From: an uncultured Lachnospiraceae bacterium
GTDB lineage: Bacteria > Bacillota > Clostridia > Lachnospirales > Lachnospiraceae
Assembly: GCA_947586255.1 (NCBI GenBank)
Contig: CANPXP010000005.1
Span: forward strand, 4,914-68,913
Reading direction: 5' to 3'
Length of the DNA: 64,000 bases
This document shows, in pieces, positions 27,716 to 38,311 of this stretch. Every line of letters begins with the position of its first letter. The first letter of the stretch is position 1. The notes beneath the pieces are model-generated. The model saw nothing but the letters and a program-made list of their open reading frames with translations. It had not been told where the DNA came from and did not search any database. The translations under genes and the position numbers were made by a program.

Positions 27716-27746
27716 CTGGGAATTTGTGAAAATCAATCGAAAAACC

Positions 27747-27774
27747 TTGTAATTTTTGATAAATAATTTATAAT
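27747..27774 (+). promoter_or_regulatory. fla/che operon promoter
   Basis: TTGTAA-16nt-TATAAT upstream of flgB. Confidence 0.6.
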
Positions 27775-27817
27775 GGACTATGGATTCTACTCTTTACTAA
27801 TGTGGAGGTTTGTGCAT

Positions 27818-28216
27818 ATGAGTACTCTGTCTAATACCAACGTATTCGACTATATCAACGTGCTGGACAAGGCGGCGGACGCGGCATGGCTGCGCAACGA
27901 CGCGATTTCCAACAACATTGCCAACGCGGATACGCCGGGCTACAAGAGGCAGGACGTCAATTTCGAGACGCAGCTTGCCAAGGCGCTTCACCATTACAGA
28001 TACACGAGTGTGGACGAGAGAGTGCACAATGTGAATCTGAGCCGCCTGAATCCGATTACATACACGGATTATTCGGGTTTTTCCTACCGTGTGGACGGCA
28101 ACAATGTGGATCCGGACACGGAGGGAGTCTACCTCGCGAAGAACCAGATCGTGTACCAGGGACTTGAGGGCGCGATCAATCAGGAATTTAAAAATCTGCA
28201 GGCAGTGCTGAAGTGA
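27818..28216 (+). CDS. flgB: flagellar basal-body rod protein FlgB
   Basis: ISNNIANADTPGYKR, DGNNVD; GGAGG RBS. Confidence 0.95.
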   Translation: MSTLSNTNVFDYINVLDKAADAAWLRNDAISNNIANADTPGYKRQDVNFETQLAKALHHYRYTSVDERVHNVNLSRLNPITYTDYSGFSYRVDGNNVDPDTEGVYLAKNQIVYQGLEGAINQEFKNLQAVLK

Positions 28217-28282
28217 TAGAGCGGCTTTCGGAAAGGCTTCGCTCTTTGCGGCGGCGCAGGGGAACAGAGGAGGAATTGGGAT

Positions 28283-28729
28283 ATGGGTATGTTTACCGCT
28301 TTTGATATCAACGCGACGGGCATGACCGCGGAGCGTTTCCGCATGGACATCATCGCCCAGAACGTGGCGAACGCGGAGACGACGCGCACGCAGGACGGCA
28401 CGCCGTACCGCAGGAAGGTGGTCGTATTCGAGGAGAAAAATTCGCAGACGCCTTTTCATCAGGTACTGGCTAAGGAGCGCGACCGCTATTCGGGCAACGG
28501 CGTGAAGGTCACGGGCGTCTATGAGGACGAGTGGACGGAGGGCAATCTGGTCTATGATCCCTCGCATCCCGACGCGGACGAGAACGGTTATGTGATGTAT
28601 CCGAACGTCAATATCATCACGGAGATGACGAACTTAATCGACGCGAGCCGCGCTTATCAGGCGAACGCGACGGCGCTGGATGCGAGCAAGAATATCGCGA
28701 CCACGGGGCTGGCGCTTCTGAACAGCTGA
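28283..28729 (+). CDS. flgC: flagellar rod protein FlgC
   Basis: NVANAETT..PYRRK, YDPSHPDA. Confidence 0.97.
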   Translation: MGMFTAFDINATGMTAERFRMDIIAQNVANAETTRTQDGTPYRRKVVVFEEKNSQTPFHQVLAKERDRYSGNGVKVTGVYEDEWTEGNLVYDPSHPDADENGYVMYPNVNIITEMTNLIDASRAYQANATALDASKNIATTGLALLNS

Positions 28730-28810
28730 CGGGCTCAGGCGCGCCGATGTGCGCGGCGGCCGGCGGTCGGTAAGTAAGAGACAAGCTATTTAGCGCTGGG
28801 AGGAAAAATC

Positions 28811-29137
28811 ATGGCTTTAGATATCACAGAGCTTTACAACGTATCCTCAAATGTCATTAAGGAGGCCGCGAAGACGGCGCCTACCAACAGAGTCGATACA
28901 TATGGGGATCAGGATTTTGACAATGTACTGCACACGGCGGTCGAGAATCTGACGACGACCAACAACTATCTGTCGGACGCCGAGAACGAGGAGATTAAGT
29001 GGTCGCTCGGGGAGACGGAGAACACGCACGACCTGAGCATCGCCCTGCAGAAGGCTTCCATAGCGCTGCAGTATACGGTCGCGATCAGGGACAGGCTTCT
29101 GGACGCTTACAAGGAACTCATTCAGATGCAGATATGA
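28811..29137 (+). CDS. fliE: hook-basal body protein FliE
   Basis: IRDRLLDAYKELIQMQI. Confidence 0.93.
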   Translation: MALDITELYNVSSNVIKEAAKTAPTNRVDTYGDQDFDNVLHTAVENLTTTNNYLSDAENEEIKWSLGETENTHDLSIALQKASIALQYTVAIRDRLLDAYKELIQMQI

Positions 29138-29190
29138 TATGCGCGGTAAGAAGCGTACGATAGAGGGAATCTGAAGGAGAGTAAGCAGCC

Positions 29191-30798
29191 GTGGATAGAT
29201 TGATAGAGAGATTAAGGGAATTGTTGAACCGCATAATGGAGTGGTGGAACCGCTTCAGCGCGAAGCAGAAGACGCTGATCGTCACCGGCATCGCGCTGGT
29301 GGTGCTGGCCATCGTCGTCATCGTGTCGAGGCTGACCCAGCCGCAGTACGTGCTCCTGAAGGAGTGTGAGAACACCAAGGAGGCGGCTGAGGTGCGGGAT
29401 CTGCTCGAGGAGGAGGAACTCAAGTATACGATCTCCGACGACGGGCTGACCATTCAGGTGCTGCGGGATCAGATCTCCGACGCGAATCTGCTGCTGGGCG
29501 CGAACAATATCCAGTCGGCGGAATACGGGATCGACAACGTGGTGGACGGCAGTTTCTCCACGACGGAGTCCGACAAGCAGAAGAAGTACATCGTGTACTT
29601 GGAGGACTCTCTGGAGCGCGATATCGCGAAGTTCGAGGCGGTCAAGAACGCCAACGTCCGTCTGGATATCCCGGAGGACGACGGGACGCTGATAGCGGAA
29701 GAGCAGGAATCCTCCGCGTGGGTGCTCCTGGAATTAAAGGATGAATTCAGCTCCGACAGCGCGGCTTATCTGGCGCGCTCCGTGGCGACGGCTATCGGCA
29801 ACGAGACGACGAACAATATTGTCATCATGGATACCGAGGGCAATATGCTCTTTACCGGGGACGACAACTACACCGTGTCCGGCACTGCGAACGCCCAGCT
29901 TTCCGTCAAGGCGGAGGCGGAGAAGCAGATGATCGGCGAGGTGCGCAGGGTGCTGCTGGGCACGAAGGAGTTCGACAACGTGGAGGTGGCGACGAACCTC
30001 GTGCTGGACTTCTCCAGCTCCGAGCGGACGACGCACAATTACACGCCGGCGGACGGACAGACACAGGGCGTGCTGGCCTCTGAGGACATCTACAACTCGG
30101 AGAACGAGAGCGGCGTGGGCGGCATCCCCGGCACGGACTCCAACGACGACGACACGGAGTATGTGCTGGAGGACAACGGCAATTCCACGTCCACCGTGTC
30201 CGAGGAATCCAGGAATTATCTGCCGAACGAGGAGATCACGACGACCACGACGCCGGCGGGGCTGATCGATTACGGGCAGTCTTCGCTCACGGCGGCGTTA
30301 ATCAAATACAATATCATCCGCGAGGAGGACGCGCGGACACAGGGACTGCTGGAGGGCGTTACCTGGGAGGAGTACAAGCTCGCGAACACGGAGCGCACGC
30401 GGCTCGATGTGGACGAGGAGTTCTACACGGCGGTGTCCAACGCGACGGGAATCTCCCCGGACAGCATCTCCCTCGTGGCGTACAGCGAGAACCTCTTTTT
30501 CGACGCGGAAGGCTCCGGCATCACGGCGACGGATATTCTGCAGATCATTCTGATTATTGTGATTCTGGCGCTCCTTGCCTTTGTCGTACTCAGGAGTATG
30601 CGCGGCGAGAAGCACGAGGAAGAGGAGGAAGAGCTCACCGTGGAGTCGCTGCTGCAGTCCATGCCCGACGCGCAGGTGGAGCAGATTTCCCTGGAGAACG
30701 AGTCCGACGAGCGCAAGATGATCAACAAATTCGTGGAAGAAAACCCGGAGGCCGCCGCGAACCTGCTTCGCAACTGGCTGAACGAAGAGTGGGGGTAA
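29191..30798 (+). CDS. fliF: MS-ring protein FliF
   Basis: Two TM helices, GGIPGTDSN, C-terminal AANLLRNWL; synteny. Confidence 0.93.
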   Translation: MDRLIERLRELLNRIMEWWNRFSAKQKTLIVTGIALVVLAIVVIVSRLTQPQYVLLKECENTKEAAEVRDLLEEEELKYTISDDGLTIQVLRDQISDANLLLGANNIQSAEYGIDNVVDGSFSTTESDKQKKYIVYLEDSLERDIAKFEAVKNANVRLDIPEDDGTLIAEEQESSAWVLLELKDEFSSDSAAYLARSVATAIGNETTNNIVIMDTEGNMLFTGDDNYTVSGTANAQLSVKAEAEKQMIGEVRRVLLGTKEFDNVEVATNLVLDFSSSERTTHNYTPADGQTQGVLASEDIYNSENESGVGGIPGTDSNDDDTEYVLEDNGNSTSTVSEESRNYLPNEEITTTTTPAGLIDYGQSSLTAALIKYNIIREEDARTQGLLEGVTWEEYKLANTERTRLDVDEEFYTAVSNATGISPDSISLVAYSENLFFDAEGSGITATDILQIILIIVILALLAFVVLRSMRGEKHEEEEEELTVESLLQSMPDAQVEQISLENESDERKMINKFVEENPEAAANLLRNWLNEEWG

Positions 30799-30803
30799 CA
30801 TAG

Positions 30804-31820
30804 ATGCCTAAGAATGACGAGAAGCTGACCAACGGCCTGCAGAAAGCGGCGGTTCTGATGATTGCGCTGGGGCCGGAGAAGTCGGCGGCTATTTTCAAAC
30901 ATCTGAAGGAGGACGAGATCGAGGAACTCACGCTGGAGATCGCCAACACCAGAAATATCACGCCGCAGATGAAGGACGACGTGGTGAACGAGTTCTATCA
31001 GATCTGTCTGGCGCAGCAGTACATAGCGGAGGGCGGTATCGGCTACGCGAAGGAGCTTCTGGAGAAGTCCTTCGGCTCGGAGAAGGCGGCGGACGTGATC
31101 GGCAAGCTGACGGCGTCCCTGCAGGTAAAGCCGTTCGAGTTTGTCAGAAAGACCGATGCGACGCAGCTTCTGAACTTTATCCAGGACGAGCACCCGCAGA
31201 CCATCGCGCTGATCCTGTCCTATCTGTCGCCCGCGCAGGCGGCGCTCATCGTGTCGGCGCTTCCGCCGGACAGACAGGCGGATGTGGCGAAGCGTATCGC
31301 CATCATGGACAGAACCAGTCCGGATGTGATCAAGGAAGTGGAAAAAGTGCTGGAATCCAAGCTTTCGTCTCTCGTCAATCAGGATTACACGATCATCGGC
31401 GGCGTGGACGCCGTCGTAGAGATCTTAAATACGGTGGACCGCGGTACGGAGAAGCATATCATGGAGACGCTGGAGATCGAGGAGCCGGAGCTGGCCGACG
31501 AGATCCGCAAGAAGATGTTCGTCTTCGAGGATATCCTGCTCTTGGACGACAGGGCGATCCAGCGCGTGCTGCGTGACGTGGACAACGGCGATCTGGCGAT
31601 CGCGCTGAAGGGCTCCAACGAGGAAGTACAGAACGCGATCTTCAACAACCTCTCCAAACGTCTCGGCGTCATGATCAAGGAGGATATGGAGTTCATGGGT
31701 CCTGTCCGCATGAAGGACGTGGAGGAAGCGCAGCAGAAGATCGTCAATATCATCAGAAAGCTGGAAGATTCCGCAGAGATCGTTATCTCCAGAGGCGGAG
31801 GTGACGAGATCATTGTCTAG
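30804..31820 (+). CDS. fliG: motor switch protein FliG
   Basis: EHPQTIALILS, MFVFED, GPVR. Confidence 0.97.
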   Translation: MPKNDEKLTNGLQKAAVLMIALGPEKSAAIFKHLKEDEIEELTLEIANTRNITPQMKDDVVNEFYQICLAQQYIAEGGIGYAKELLEKSFGSEKAADVIGKLTASLQVKPFEFVRKTDATQLLNFIQDEHPQTIALILSYLSPAQAALIVSALPPDRQADVAKRIAIMDRTSPDVIKEVEKVLESKLSSLVNQDYTIIGGVDAVVEILNTVDRGTEKHIMETLEIEEPELADEIRKKMFVFEDILLLDDRAIQRVLRDVDNGDLAIALKGSNEEVQNAIFNNLSKRLGVMIKEDMEFMGPVRMKDVEEAQQKIVNIIRKLEDSAEIVISRGGGDEIIV

Positions 31821-32706
31821 GAATTTGTACAAGTCGTACTGGGTGGAGGTATCCAGCGACGAGACGCGCGTGATAGACAACAACGAGATCGTGGAGCAGC
31901 GCATCGAGGAGCTGGAGGCGCTCAGACAGCACAGGCTGAATACGCCGCTGGGCTTCGGCAGCCATGAGGAAACTGAGGAGGAGGGCGAGCCGGAGTTCGT
32001 GGACGGGCTGGGCGGCGAGCAGATAGACGCTCTCCTTGCGGACAGCGCCGAGGGCGGCATCATCAAGGGAGAAGCGGTGGAACAGGGGCCGGATCTGGCC
32101 GAGATCGAAGCGCAGGCGCAGGCGATGCTGGACGACGCGCAGGCACAGATCGACGAGATGATGCAGAGTGCGCGCCGCGATATTGAAGAGGAGCGCCGCA
32201 GGACGCTCGAGGACGCCAACAAGCACGGCTACGACGAGGGCTATAAGAGAGGATACGCCGAGGCGGACGAGATGAAGCGCGAGCTGTCGGCGGAGAAGCA
32301 GCGGCTCTATGACGAGTACGATCGCATGATCGACAGCCTGGAGCCGAAGTTTATCGATACGATCACGGAGATCTACAGTCATATCTTCGGCATTGAGCTG
32401 AGCGACAAGAGAGATATTCTGGTACACTTGATCGATTCCACGCTGCGCCAGGTGGAGAGCAGCAAGACCTTTCTCGTCCATGTCTCGAAGGAGGATTTCC
32501 CCTTCGTCAACATGCACAAGCAGGAGCTCGTGGAGGGCGCCACGGCGGGCAGGGGAACGGTGGAGATCATTGAGGACATCGCGCTTTCCCAGGGCGCGTG
32601 CCTGATTGAGACGGACGGCGGCATCTTCGACTGCGGTGTGGACACGCAGCTGCAGGAGCTGACTAACAGATTACGGGTGTTATCATTTGAAAAAACCGGT
32701 TATTGA
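31813..32706 (+). CDS. fliH: flagellar assembly protein FliH
   Basis: GxxxG repeats (HGYDEGYKRG), GACLIET; probable TTG start (31801 alternative). Confidence 0.88.
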   Translation: MSRNLYKSYWVEVSSDETRVIDNNEIVEQRIEELEALRQHRLNTPLGFGSHEETEEEGEPEFVDGLGGEQIDALLADSAEGGIIKGEAVEQGPDLAEIEAQAQAMLDDAQAQIDEMMQSARRDIEEERRRTLEDANKHGYDEGYKRGYAEADEMKRELSAEKQRLYDEYDRMIDSLEPKFIDTITEIYSHIFGIELSDKRDILVHLIDSTLRQVESSKTFLVHVSKEDFPFVNMHKQELVEGATAGRGTVEIIEDIALSQGACLIETDGGIFDCGVDTQLQELTNRLRVLSFEKTGY

Positions 32707-34000
32707 CTTTTATAAATACAGCAGAATAGCGGACGAGACCTTTTTCAAGCGCAAAGGGCGCGTGGAGAACGTGGTGGGTCTGACGATTGAGTCCGCGGGC
32801 CCGGAGGCGAAGCTGGGCGACCTGTGCAGAATCTATCCGGCGGATGAGTCCTATCAGCCCATCATGGCGGAGGTGGTCGGCTTCAAGGACCGCAGGACGA
32901 TTCTCATGCCCTGCGACAAGACGGACGGCATCGGCCTGGGCTGCATCGTGGAGAACACGAGCGAACCGCTGACGGTGCCGGTCAGCAGCGATCTGCTCGG
33001 CAAGGTGCTGGACGGCCTGGGCAGGATCGACGGCGAGTATGTGCCGGGAACGCCCTACAGCGTGGAGGCGCCGCCGCCGGACGCGATGAGCAGGAAGATT
33101 ATCGATGAGGTGCTTCCTCTGGGCGTCAAGGCGGTGGACGGCCTGATGACCGTAGGCAAGGGACAGCGTATCGGCATCTTCGCCGGTTCCGGCGTGGGCA
33201 AGTCCACGCTGATGGGTATGTTCGCCCGCAACACCAAGGCGGACATCAATGTGATCGCCCTGATCGGCGAGCGGGGCAGGGAAGTGCGCGAATTTATCGA
33301 GCGGGACCTGGGCGAGGAGGGCATGAAGCGCTCCGTGGTGGTGGTCGCCACCTCCGACAAGGCCGCTCTGGAGAGGAATAAGGCGGCGAAGACCGCCACC
33401 GCGATTGCGGAGTACTTCAGGGATCAGGGCAAGGATGTGCTCCTGATGATGGATTCCCTGACACGTTTCTCGATGGCGCAGCGGGAGATCGGGCTGGCCA
33501 GCGGCGAACCGCCGGTGTCCAGAGGCTATCCGCCCAGCGTGTACTCGGAGATGCCTAAGCTCTTAGAGAGGGCGGGCTGCGCGGCCGTCGGTTCGATCAC
33601 CGGCCTGTACACGGTGCTGGTGGACGGCGACGACATGAACGAGCCGATCACCGATACCGCGAGAAGCATTCTGGACGGCCACATCATGCTGAACCGCCGG
33701 CTGGCGCATCAGAACCACTATCCGGCCATCGACGTGCTGCAGAGCATCTCCAGGTGCATGGCCCAGATTGTGGGCAAGGAACACAAGCAGCTCGCGGGGC
33801 AGCTCAAGAATGTGCTGGCCACCTACGGCGATGCGGAGGATCTGATCAACATCGGCGCGTACAAGAGCGGCAGCAATCAGAAGATCGACTACGCCATCGC
33901 CAAGATCGACGCGGTGAACGAATTTCTGATGCAGGATGTGAATGAGAAGTTTGACTATGAGCAGGCTGTGGATATGCTTCGGGAACTTTTCGCGGACTGA
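32687..34000 (+). CDS. fliI: flagellar export ATPase FliI
   Basis: GIFAGSGVGKST, IGERGRE, MDSLTR. Confidence 0.97.
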   Translation: MKKPVIDFYKYSRIADETFFKRKGRVENVVGLTIESAGPEAKLGDLCRIYPADESYQPIMAEVVGFKDRRTILMPCDKTDGIGLGCIVENTSEPLTVPVSSDLLGKVLDGLGRIDGEYVPGTPYSVEAPPPDAMSRKIIDEVLPLGVKAVDGLMTVGKGQRIGIFAGSGVGKSTLMGMFARNTKADINVIALIGERGREVREFIERDLGEEGMKRSVVVVATSDKAALERNKAAKTATAIAEYFRDQGKDVLLMMDSLTRFSMAQREIGLASGEPPVSRGYPPSVYSEMPKLLERAGCAAVGSITGLYTVLVDGDDMNEPITDTARSILDGHIMLNRRLAHQNHYPAIDVLQSISRCMAQIVGKEHKQLAGQLKNVLATYGDAEDLINIGAYKSGSNQKIDYAIAKIDAVNEFLMQDVNEKFDYEQAVDMLRELFAD

Positions 34001-34013
34001 GGGGTGAACGGTC

Positions 34014-34466
34014 ATGGCGAAGTTTGTCTACAGGATGCAGAGCCTTTTGAATATTCAGTACCAGCTTGAAAATCAGGCGAAGATGGAGCTCGGCAGGGCG
34101 CAGATGAACCTGCTCGCCGAGGAGGAGAAGCGGGATGCGCTGATCGCCAGAAAGGACGCCTACTTCGAGGAAGGCAGGCGGATGCGCAGCGACGCCGTGC
34201 ATGTGAACGAACTGCGGGACAACCGCAACGCGCTTGAGATCATGGACGAACTGATCGAGGCGCAGGAGCGGCAGGTCGCTTTCGCGGAGGAGATCGTGGA
34301 GGAGGCCAGGCGCAAGCTGACGGAAGTGATGCAGGAGCGCAAGATGCACGAAAAGCTCCGCGAGAAAGCTTTCGAACAGTTTAGACAGGAGGAACTCGCC
34401 GCCGAGGGCAAGGCGGTGGACGAGCTGACCAGCTATGTGTACGGTCAGCGCGGCAAAGAGGATTAA
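34014..34466 (+). CDS. fliJ: flagellar export protein FliJ
   Basis: F.YRMQSLL N-terminus, coiled coil; follows fliI. Confidence 0.9.
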   Translation: MAKFVYRMQSLLNIQYQLENQAKMELGRAQMNLLAEEEKRDALIARKDAYFEEGRRMRSDAVHVNELRDNRNALEIMDELIEAQERQVAFAEEIVEEARRKLTEVMQERKMHEKLREKAFEQFRQEELAAEGKAVDELTSYVYGQRGKED

Positions 34467-34476
34467 GAGGAACAAG

Positions 34477-35352
34477 ATGGCTGATGAGGTAATGAACGCC
34501 GCCGCGGACACGCAGGCGGAGAAGAAGAGATTAAAAGAAGAGCGCAAGAAGCTCAAGAACGAGCAGAAGGCGCAGCGCAAAGAGGCCAAACAGCGCGCCA
34601 AGGAGATCTCCAAGCAGGAGGCGGAGCTGTCCGAGGACGAGGAGGCAGGCGGCGTCTCCGTCGTTTTGGTAACGATCGTTATTGTCATTATCTGGCTGGC
34701 GATTCTCTGCCTGCTGATCAAGCTGGACGTGGGCGGCTTCGGCTCCGGCGTGCTTGCGCCCGTCCTGAAGGATGTGCCTGTCGTCAATAAGATCCTGCCC
34801 GCCGAGTCCGTGGTCACGACGGACGACGAGGAGGCTTACGGCGGCTATACGAGCCTGCGCGAGGCGGTGGATTACATCACGGAGCTGGAACTGGAGCTGG
34901 AGATCGCGCAGAACGAGAGCAACACGGACACCGAGGAGCTGGAGGAGCTGCGGGCGGAGATCGAGAGGCTGCAGACCTTCGAGGACGCGCAGGTCGAGTT
35001 CGAGCGGATCAAGACCGAGTTCTACGAGGAGGTCGTCTACGCGGAGAACGGGCCGGGCCCCGAGGAGTACCAGAAATACTATGAGTCGATGGACCCCGCC
35101 ACGGCGGAGTATCTGTACAAGCAGGTGGTCGAGCAGGTGGAGGCGGACAAGGAAGTTCAGGACTACGCGCAGGCGTACTCCGAGATGAAGCCGGCTGCCG
35201 CCGCGGCGATTTTTGAGTCGATGACGGACGATCTCGATCTGGCGGCGAAGATCCTCTACGAGATGAGCGCCGAGGACAGAGGCGCGATCCTGGGCGTTAT
35301 GGATCCCGAGATCGCCGCGAGACTGACGAAGATCATGGATCCGGATTCGTAA
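34477..35352 (+). CDS. MotE/YlxF-like protein (MgtE_N-like C-terminus)
   Basis: YSEMKPAAAAAIF..RGAILGVMDP; position between fliJ and fliK. Confidence 0.8.
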   Translation: MADEVMNAAADTQAEKKRLKEERKKLKNEQKAQRKEAKQRAKEISKQEAELSEDEEAGGVSVVLVTIVIVIIWLAILCLLIKLDVGGFGSGVLAPVLKDVPVVNKILPAESVVTTDDEEAYGGYTSLREAVDYITELELELEIAQNESNTDTEELEELRAEIERLQTFEDAQVEFERIKTEFYEEVVYAENGPGPEEYQKYYESMDPATAEYLYKQVVEQVEADKEVQDYAQAYSEMKPAAAAAIFESMTDDLDLAAKILYEMSAEDRGAILGVMDPEIAARLTKIMDPDS

Positions 35353-35422
35353 GCGTTTTTGCACGGCTTTGCGGGAGCGCGCGCAAGATAAAATATCACA
35401 CGATATTTATTGCGTGGGCTAT

Positions 35423-35449
35423 TTAGGAATCACGGCACAAAACCGATAT
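35423..35449 (+). promoter_or_regulatory. putative sigma-28 promoter upstream of fliK
   Basis: TTAG-15nt-ACCGATAT versus consensus TAAA-N15-GCCGATAT. Confidence 0.5.
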
Positions 35450-35547
35450 AAGATATATACGGAGGGCCGGGCGCATTGTGCCCGTCCGCCTGTATATAGA
35501 TGCCTTAGGGCACAGAACCTTGAAAACTTCAGAAAGGAGGACAGTGT

Positions 35548-37083
35548 ATGACTGTAAACAATGTGAACGCGCTGCTGAATTTTACGACGCCGCAGACCGG
35601 ACAGACGGAGCAGACGGCGAAGCAGGACGGACGCGAGAACGGCGGTTTCGGTCAGGTCATGTCGAAGGTGAACGACACGCTGACGGGTCTCAAGGCCGGC
35701 AGCATCGGAGATCTCTCCACGGCTGTACAGCCCGCGGAGCCCACAGATACGGCGAAGCCCGCGGAGAGCGTGCAGACCAGGGGGACAAAGCAGGTGCAGA
35801 GCGCGGCCGGTGATTCCGACAAGGCGAGGGACGCGGCGGCACAGGACGACAACGGGGCTGTGAAGAACACCGACGACAGCACGCAGACGGAGGCGAAGCA
35901 GGACGAGGCCGTACAGGAAGTGGAAAAGTCGGCGAAAGAGCTTGTGGAGCAGGTCGCGGACGAGATGGACGTGACGCCCGAAGAGGTGGAAGCGGCAATG
36001 GCGGCGCTGGGACTGGTGCCCGCGGAGCTTTTTGACGTGACGAACCTCAAGCAGCTTCTGCTGGCCCTGGAGGGCAGCGGAGACGAGCTGACGCTTGTGA
36101 CCGACGAGACACTCTACGGCAGTATGCAGAAACTCTTCACAGCGGTGGAGGACACTCTGCAGAACCTGCAGGAGGAACTGGGACTGAGCGACGAGGAGCT
36201 GGACGCGCTGCTGATGCAGGCGGCGACGGCTGAGGAAGAGCAGACGCCGGTTGTGCAGGACCTGCCTGAGCAGGAGACAGACGTCGTGGCAGCCGACCCG
36301 GTGAAGCAGGAGCCGGAGAAGAGTCTGGAAGGCATGAAGGACTATTCGGTGACGGTGCAGAGGGACGGCGAGACCGTTCAGGTGAAAGTGACCGTGGATG
36401 ACGCGAGCGGCAGCAAGAGCGTTCAGGAAGAAGTGACAGACGCACCGAAAGAGGAGGCGCAGACCGATCGCAGAACGGGAGAGAGAGAAGCTTCCGCGGG
36501 CAATGGCAGAGGAGAAGAGAGCGGACAGCCGCACGGCGCAAACGCTTTCCTGCAGACCGCAGAGCATACGGAGCAGATCCCCGAGACGCCGGCGCCGGTG
36601 AGCGCGGGTTATCAGTCGGCACAGACGCAGGATATCATGAACCAGATTCTGGATTACATGAAGATCAGCCTGAAAGCCGATACGCAGGAGCTGCAGATGC
36701 AGCTGCATCCCGCAAGCCTGGGGACGGTCAACGTACAGATTGCCGCGAAGGACGGCGTGATCACGGCGCAGTTTACCACACAGAACGAGACGGTGCGCGC
36801 GGTGGTTGAGACACAGCTGATTCAGCTGAAACAGCAGTTCGAGGAACAGGGAATCAAAGTGGACGCGGTGGAAGTCACGGTGGCGAACCATCAGTATGGC
36901 GAGCAGTTCTCGCAGAACAATGAGAACACGGACGGGCAGGCACGCAGATCCGCCAAGGGCACGAGAAGAATCAATCTCGACGAGCTAGACGAAGAGGAAG
37001 GCCTGGAGGAGATGGAGGATTCGGAGCGCATCGCGGTGGAGATGATGCAGGCGAGCGGCAATACCGTGGACTACACGGCATAA
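35548..37083 (+). CDS. fliK: hook-length control protein FliK
   Basis: MQLHPASLGTV domain; low-complexity N-terminus. Confidence 0.9.
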   Translation: MTVNNVNALLNFTTPQTGQTEQTAKQDGRENGGFGQVMSKVNDTLTGLKAGSIGDLSTAVQPAEPTDTAKPAESVQTRGTKQVQSAAGDSDKARDAAAQDDNGAVKNTDDSTQTEAKQDEAVQEVEKSAKELVEQVADEMDVTPEEVEAAMAALGLVPAELFDVTNLKQLLLALEGSGDELTLVTDETLYGSMQKLFTAVEDTLQNLQEELGLSDEELDALLMQAATAEEEQTPVVQDLPEQETDVVAADPVKQEPEKSLEGMKDYSVTVQRDGETVQVKVTVDDASGSKSVQEEVTDAPKEEAQTDRRTGEREASAGNGRGEESGQPHGANAFLQTAEHTEQIPETPAPVSAGYQSAQTQDIMNQILDYMKISLKADTQELQMQLHPASLGTVNVQIAAKDGVITAQFTTQNETVRAVVETQLIQLKQQFEEQGIKVDAVEVTVANHQYGEQFSQNNENTDGQARRSAKGTRRINLDELDEEEGLEEMEDSERIAVEMMQASGNTVDYTA

Positions 37084-37111
37084 TATTTTTTCGGAAGAAA
37101 GGAGTGATTGG

Positions 37112-37903
37112 ATGGGAGCGGTACAACAGGTACAGGACGGTAAATTCGTGGACAGCACGGCGCAGGCAACCGCCAAGGAAGAAGAGAAAAAGAAGAAGAC
37201 CGGCAACGACAGTCTCGGCAAGGAAGCGTTCTTACAGCTTCTCGTGGCGCAGATGAAATATCAGGACCCGCTGGAGCCTACTTCCAATACGGAGTACATC
37301 TCACAGTTCGCGACATTCTCGGAGCTGGAGCAGATGCAGAACATGAGCGCGACGCTGGAGCTTTCCAGGGCGACGTCTCTGGTCGGCAAGACGGTGCTGA
37401 TGAGCGTGACCGACAGTTCGGGCAGAGAGACCACCGTACAGGGCAATGTGGACTACGTGGTATACGAGAACGGCAAGACTTATCTCTCGGTCGGCGGCGA
37501 GAAGTATTCGCTGGACGATCTGGACACCGTGGCGGACGACAAATATCTGGCGGCATACAAGCTGGGCGCGGAGGTGCTGAATCTCCTGAACAAGCTGCCT
37601 GAGATCGGCATGCTGACGACGGAGTACAAGGATCAGGTAGATCGTCTGGAGGAGATTATCACCAACATGTCCGAGTATGAGAGAAGTTTCCTGACGGATG
37701 AGGACTTCGACAAGGCGGACGAGTACATCCAGAAGATGAAAGACATTACCCCTACGGGAGATAAGAACGAAGACGGGGAAGACGCCAAGACCGGGGAGGC
37801 CGGCAAGACGGAGGAAGATAAGACCGACGGCACGGGCGAGGCGGAGGACCCGGAGAGCAAGGATGCGGATCAAGTGGAAGGAGAAGAAGGATCGGAGGGA
37901 TAA
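37112..37903 (+). CDS. flgD: hook capping protein FlgD
   Basis: FLQLLVAQMKYQDPLEP. Confidence 0.95.
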   Translation: MGAVQQVQDGKFVDSTAQATAKEEEKKKKTGNDSLGKEAFLQLLVAQMKYQDPLEPTSNTEYISQFATFSELEQMQNMSATLELSRATSLVGKTVLMSVTDSSGRETTVQGNVDYVVYENGKTYLSVGGEKYSLDDLDTVADDKYLAAYKLGAEVLNLLNKLPEIGMLTTEYKDQVDRLEEIITNMSEYERSFLTDEDFDKADEYIQKMKDITPTGDKNEDGEDAKTGEAGKTEEDKTDGTGEAEDPESKDADQVEGEEGSEG

Positions 37904-37906
37904 GCG

Positions 37907-38311
37907 ATGAAGATTCAGGGCAATCAATTCCTTTCCATCGAACAGCTGCAGGATCAGTACTTACATGCGGCGAACAAACAGGCAGGGACGCCGAAAACAA
38001 GCGAATCGAGCTTCCGCGATATCCTGAGCGGCAAGACGCAGAATATCGCAGCGGACAGCGAAGTGAAGTTTTCCAAGCACGCGGCGAATCGGCTGATCGA
38101 CCGAAAGATCGAGCTGACCAGGGAACAGGTGGAACGCCTGAATCTGGGAACGGCCAAAGCCGGAGCGAAAGGAATCAACGAGTCACTGGTCATCGTCGAT
38201 TCACTGGCATTCATCGTGAACGTACCGAATCAGACGGTCATCACAGCCATGGATCAGACGGAGACGGACGAAAACGTGTTTACCAATATTGACGGAGCCG
38301 TAATTATATAA
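37907..38311 (+). CDS. flagellar operon protein (TIGR02530-like)
   Basis: FSKHAANRL, TVITAMD, VFTNIDGAVI; between flgD and flgE. Confidence 0.88.
   Translation: MKIQGNQFLSIEQLQDQYLHAANKQAGTPKTSESSFRDILSGKTQNIAADSEVKFSKHAANRLIDRKIELTREQVERLNLGTAKAGAKGINESLVIVDSLAFIVNVPNQTVITAMDQTETDENVFTNIDGAVII

Noticed and set aside
27720-27734. CodY box upstream of flgB (and near 26804 upstream of codY)
   Set aside because: Four mismatches to AATTTTCWGAAAATT in AT-rich DNA; not distinguishable from chance
27636-27817. Invertible flagellar switch upstream of flgB
   Set aside because: The only inverted repeat is the codY terminator; the promoter is not enclosed by inverted repeats and no recombinase is nearby
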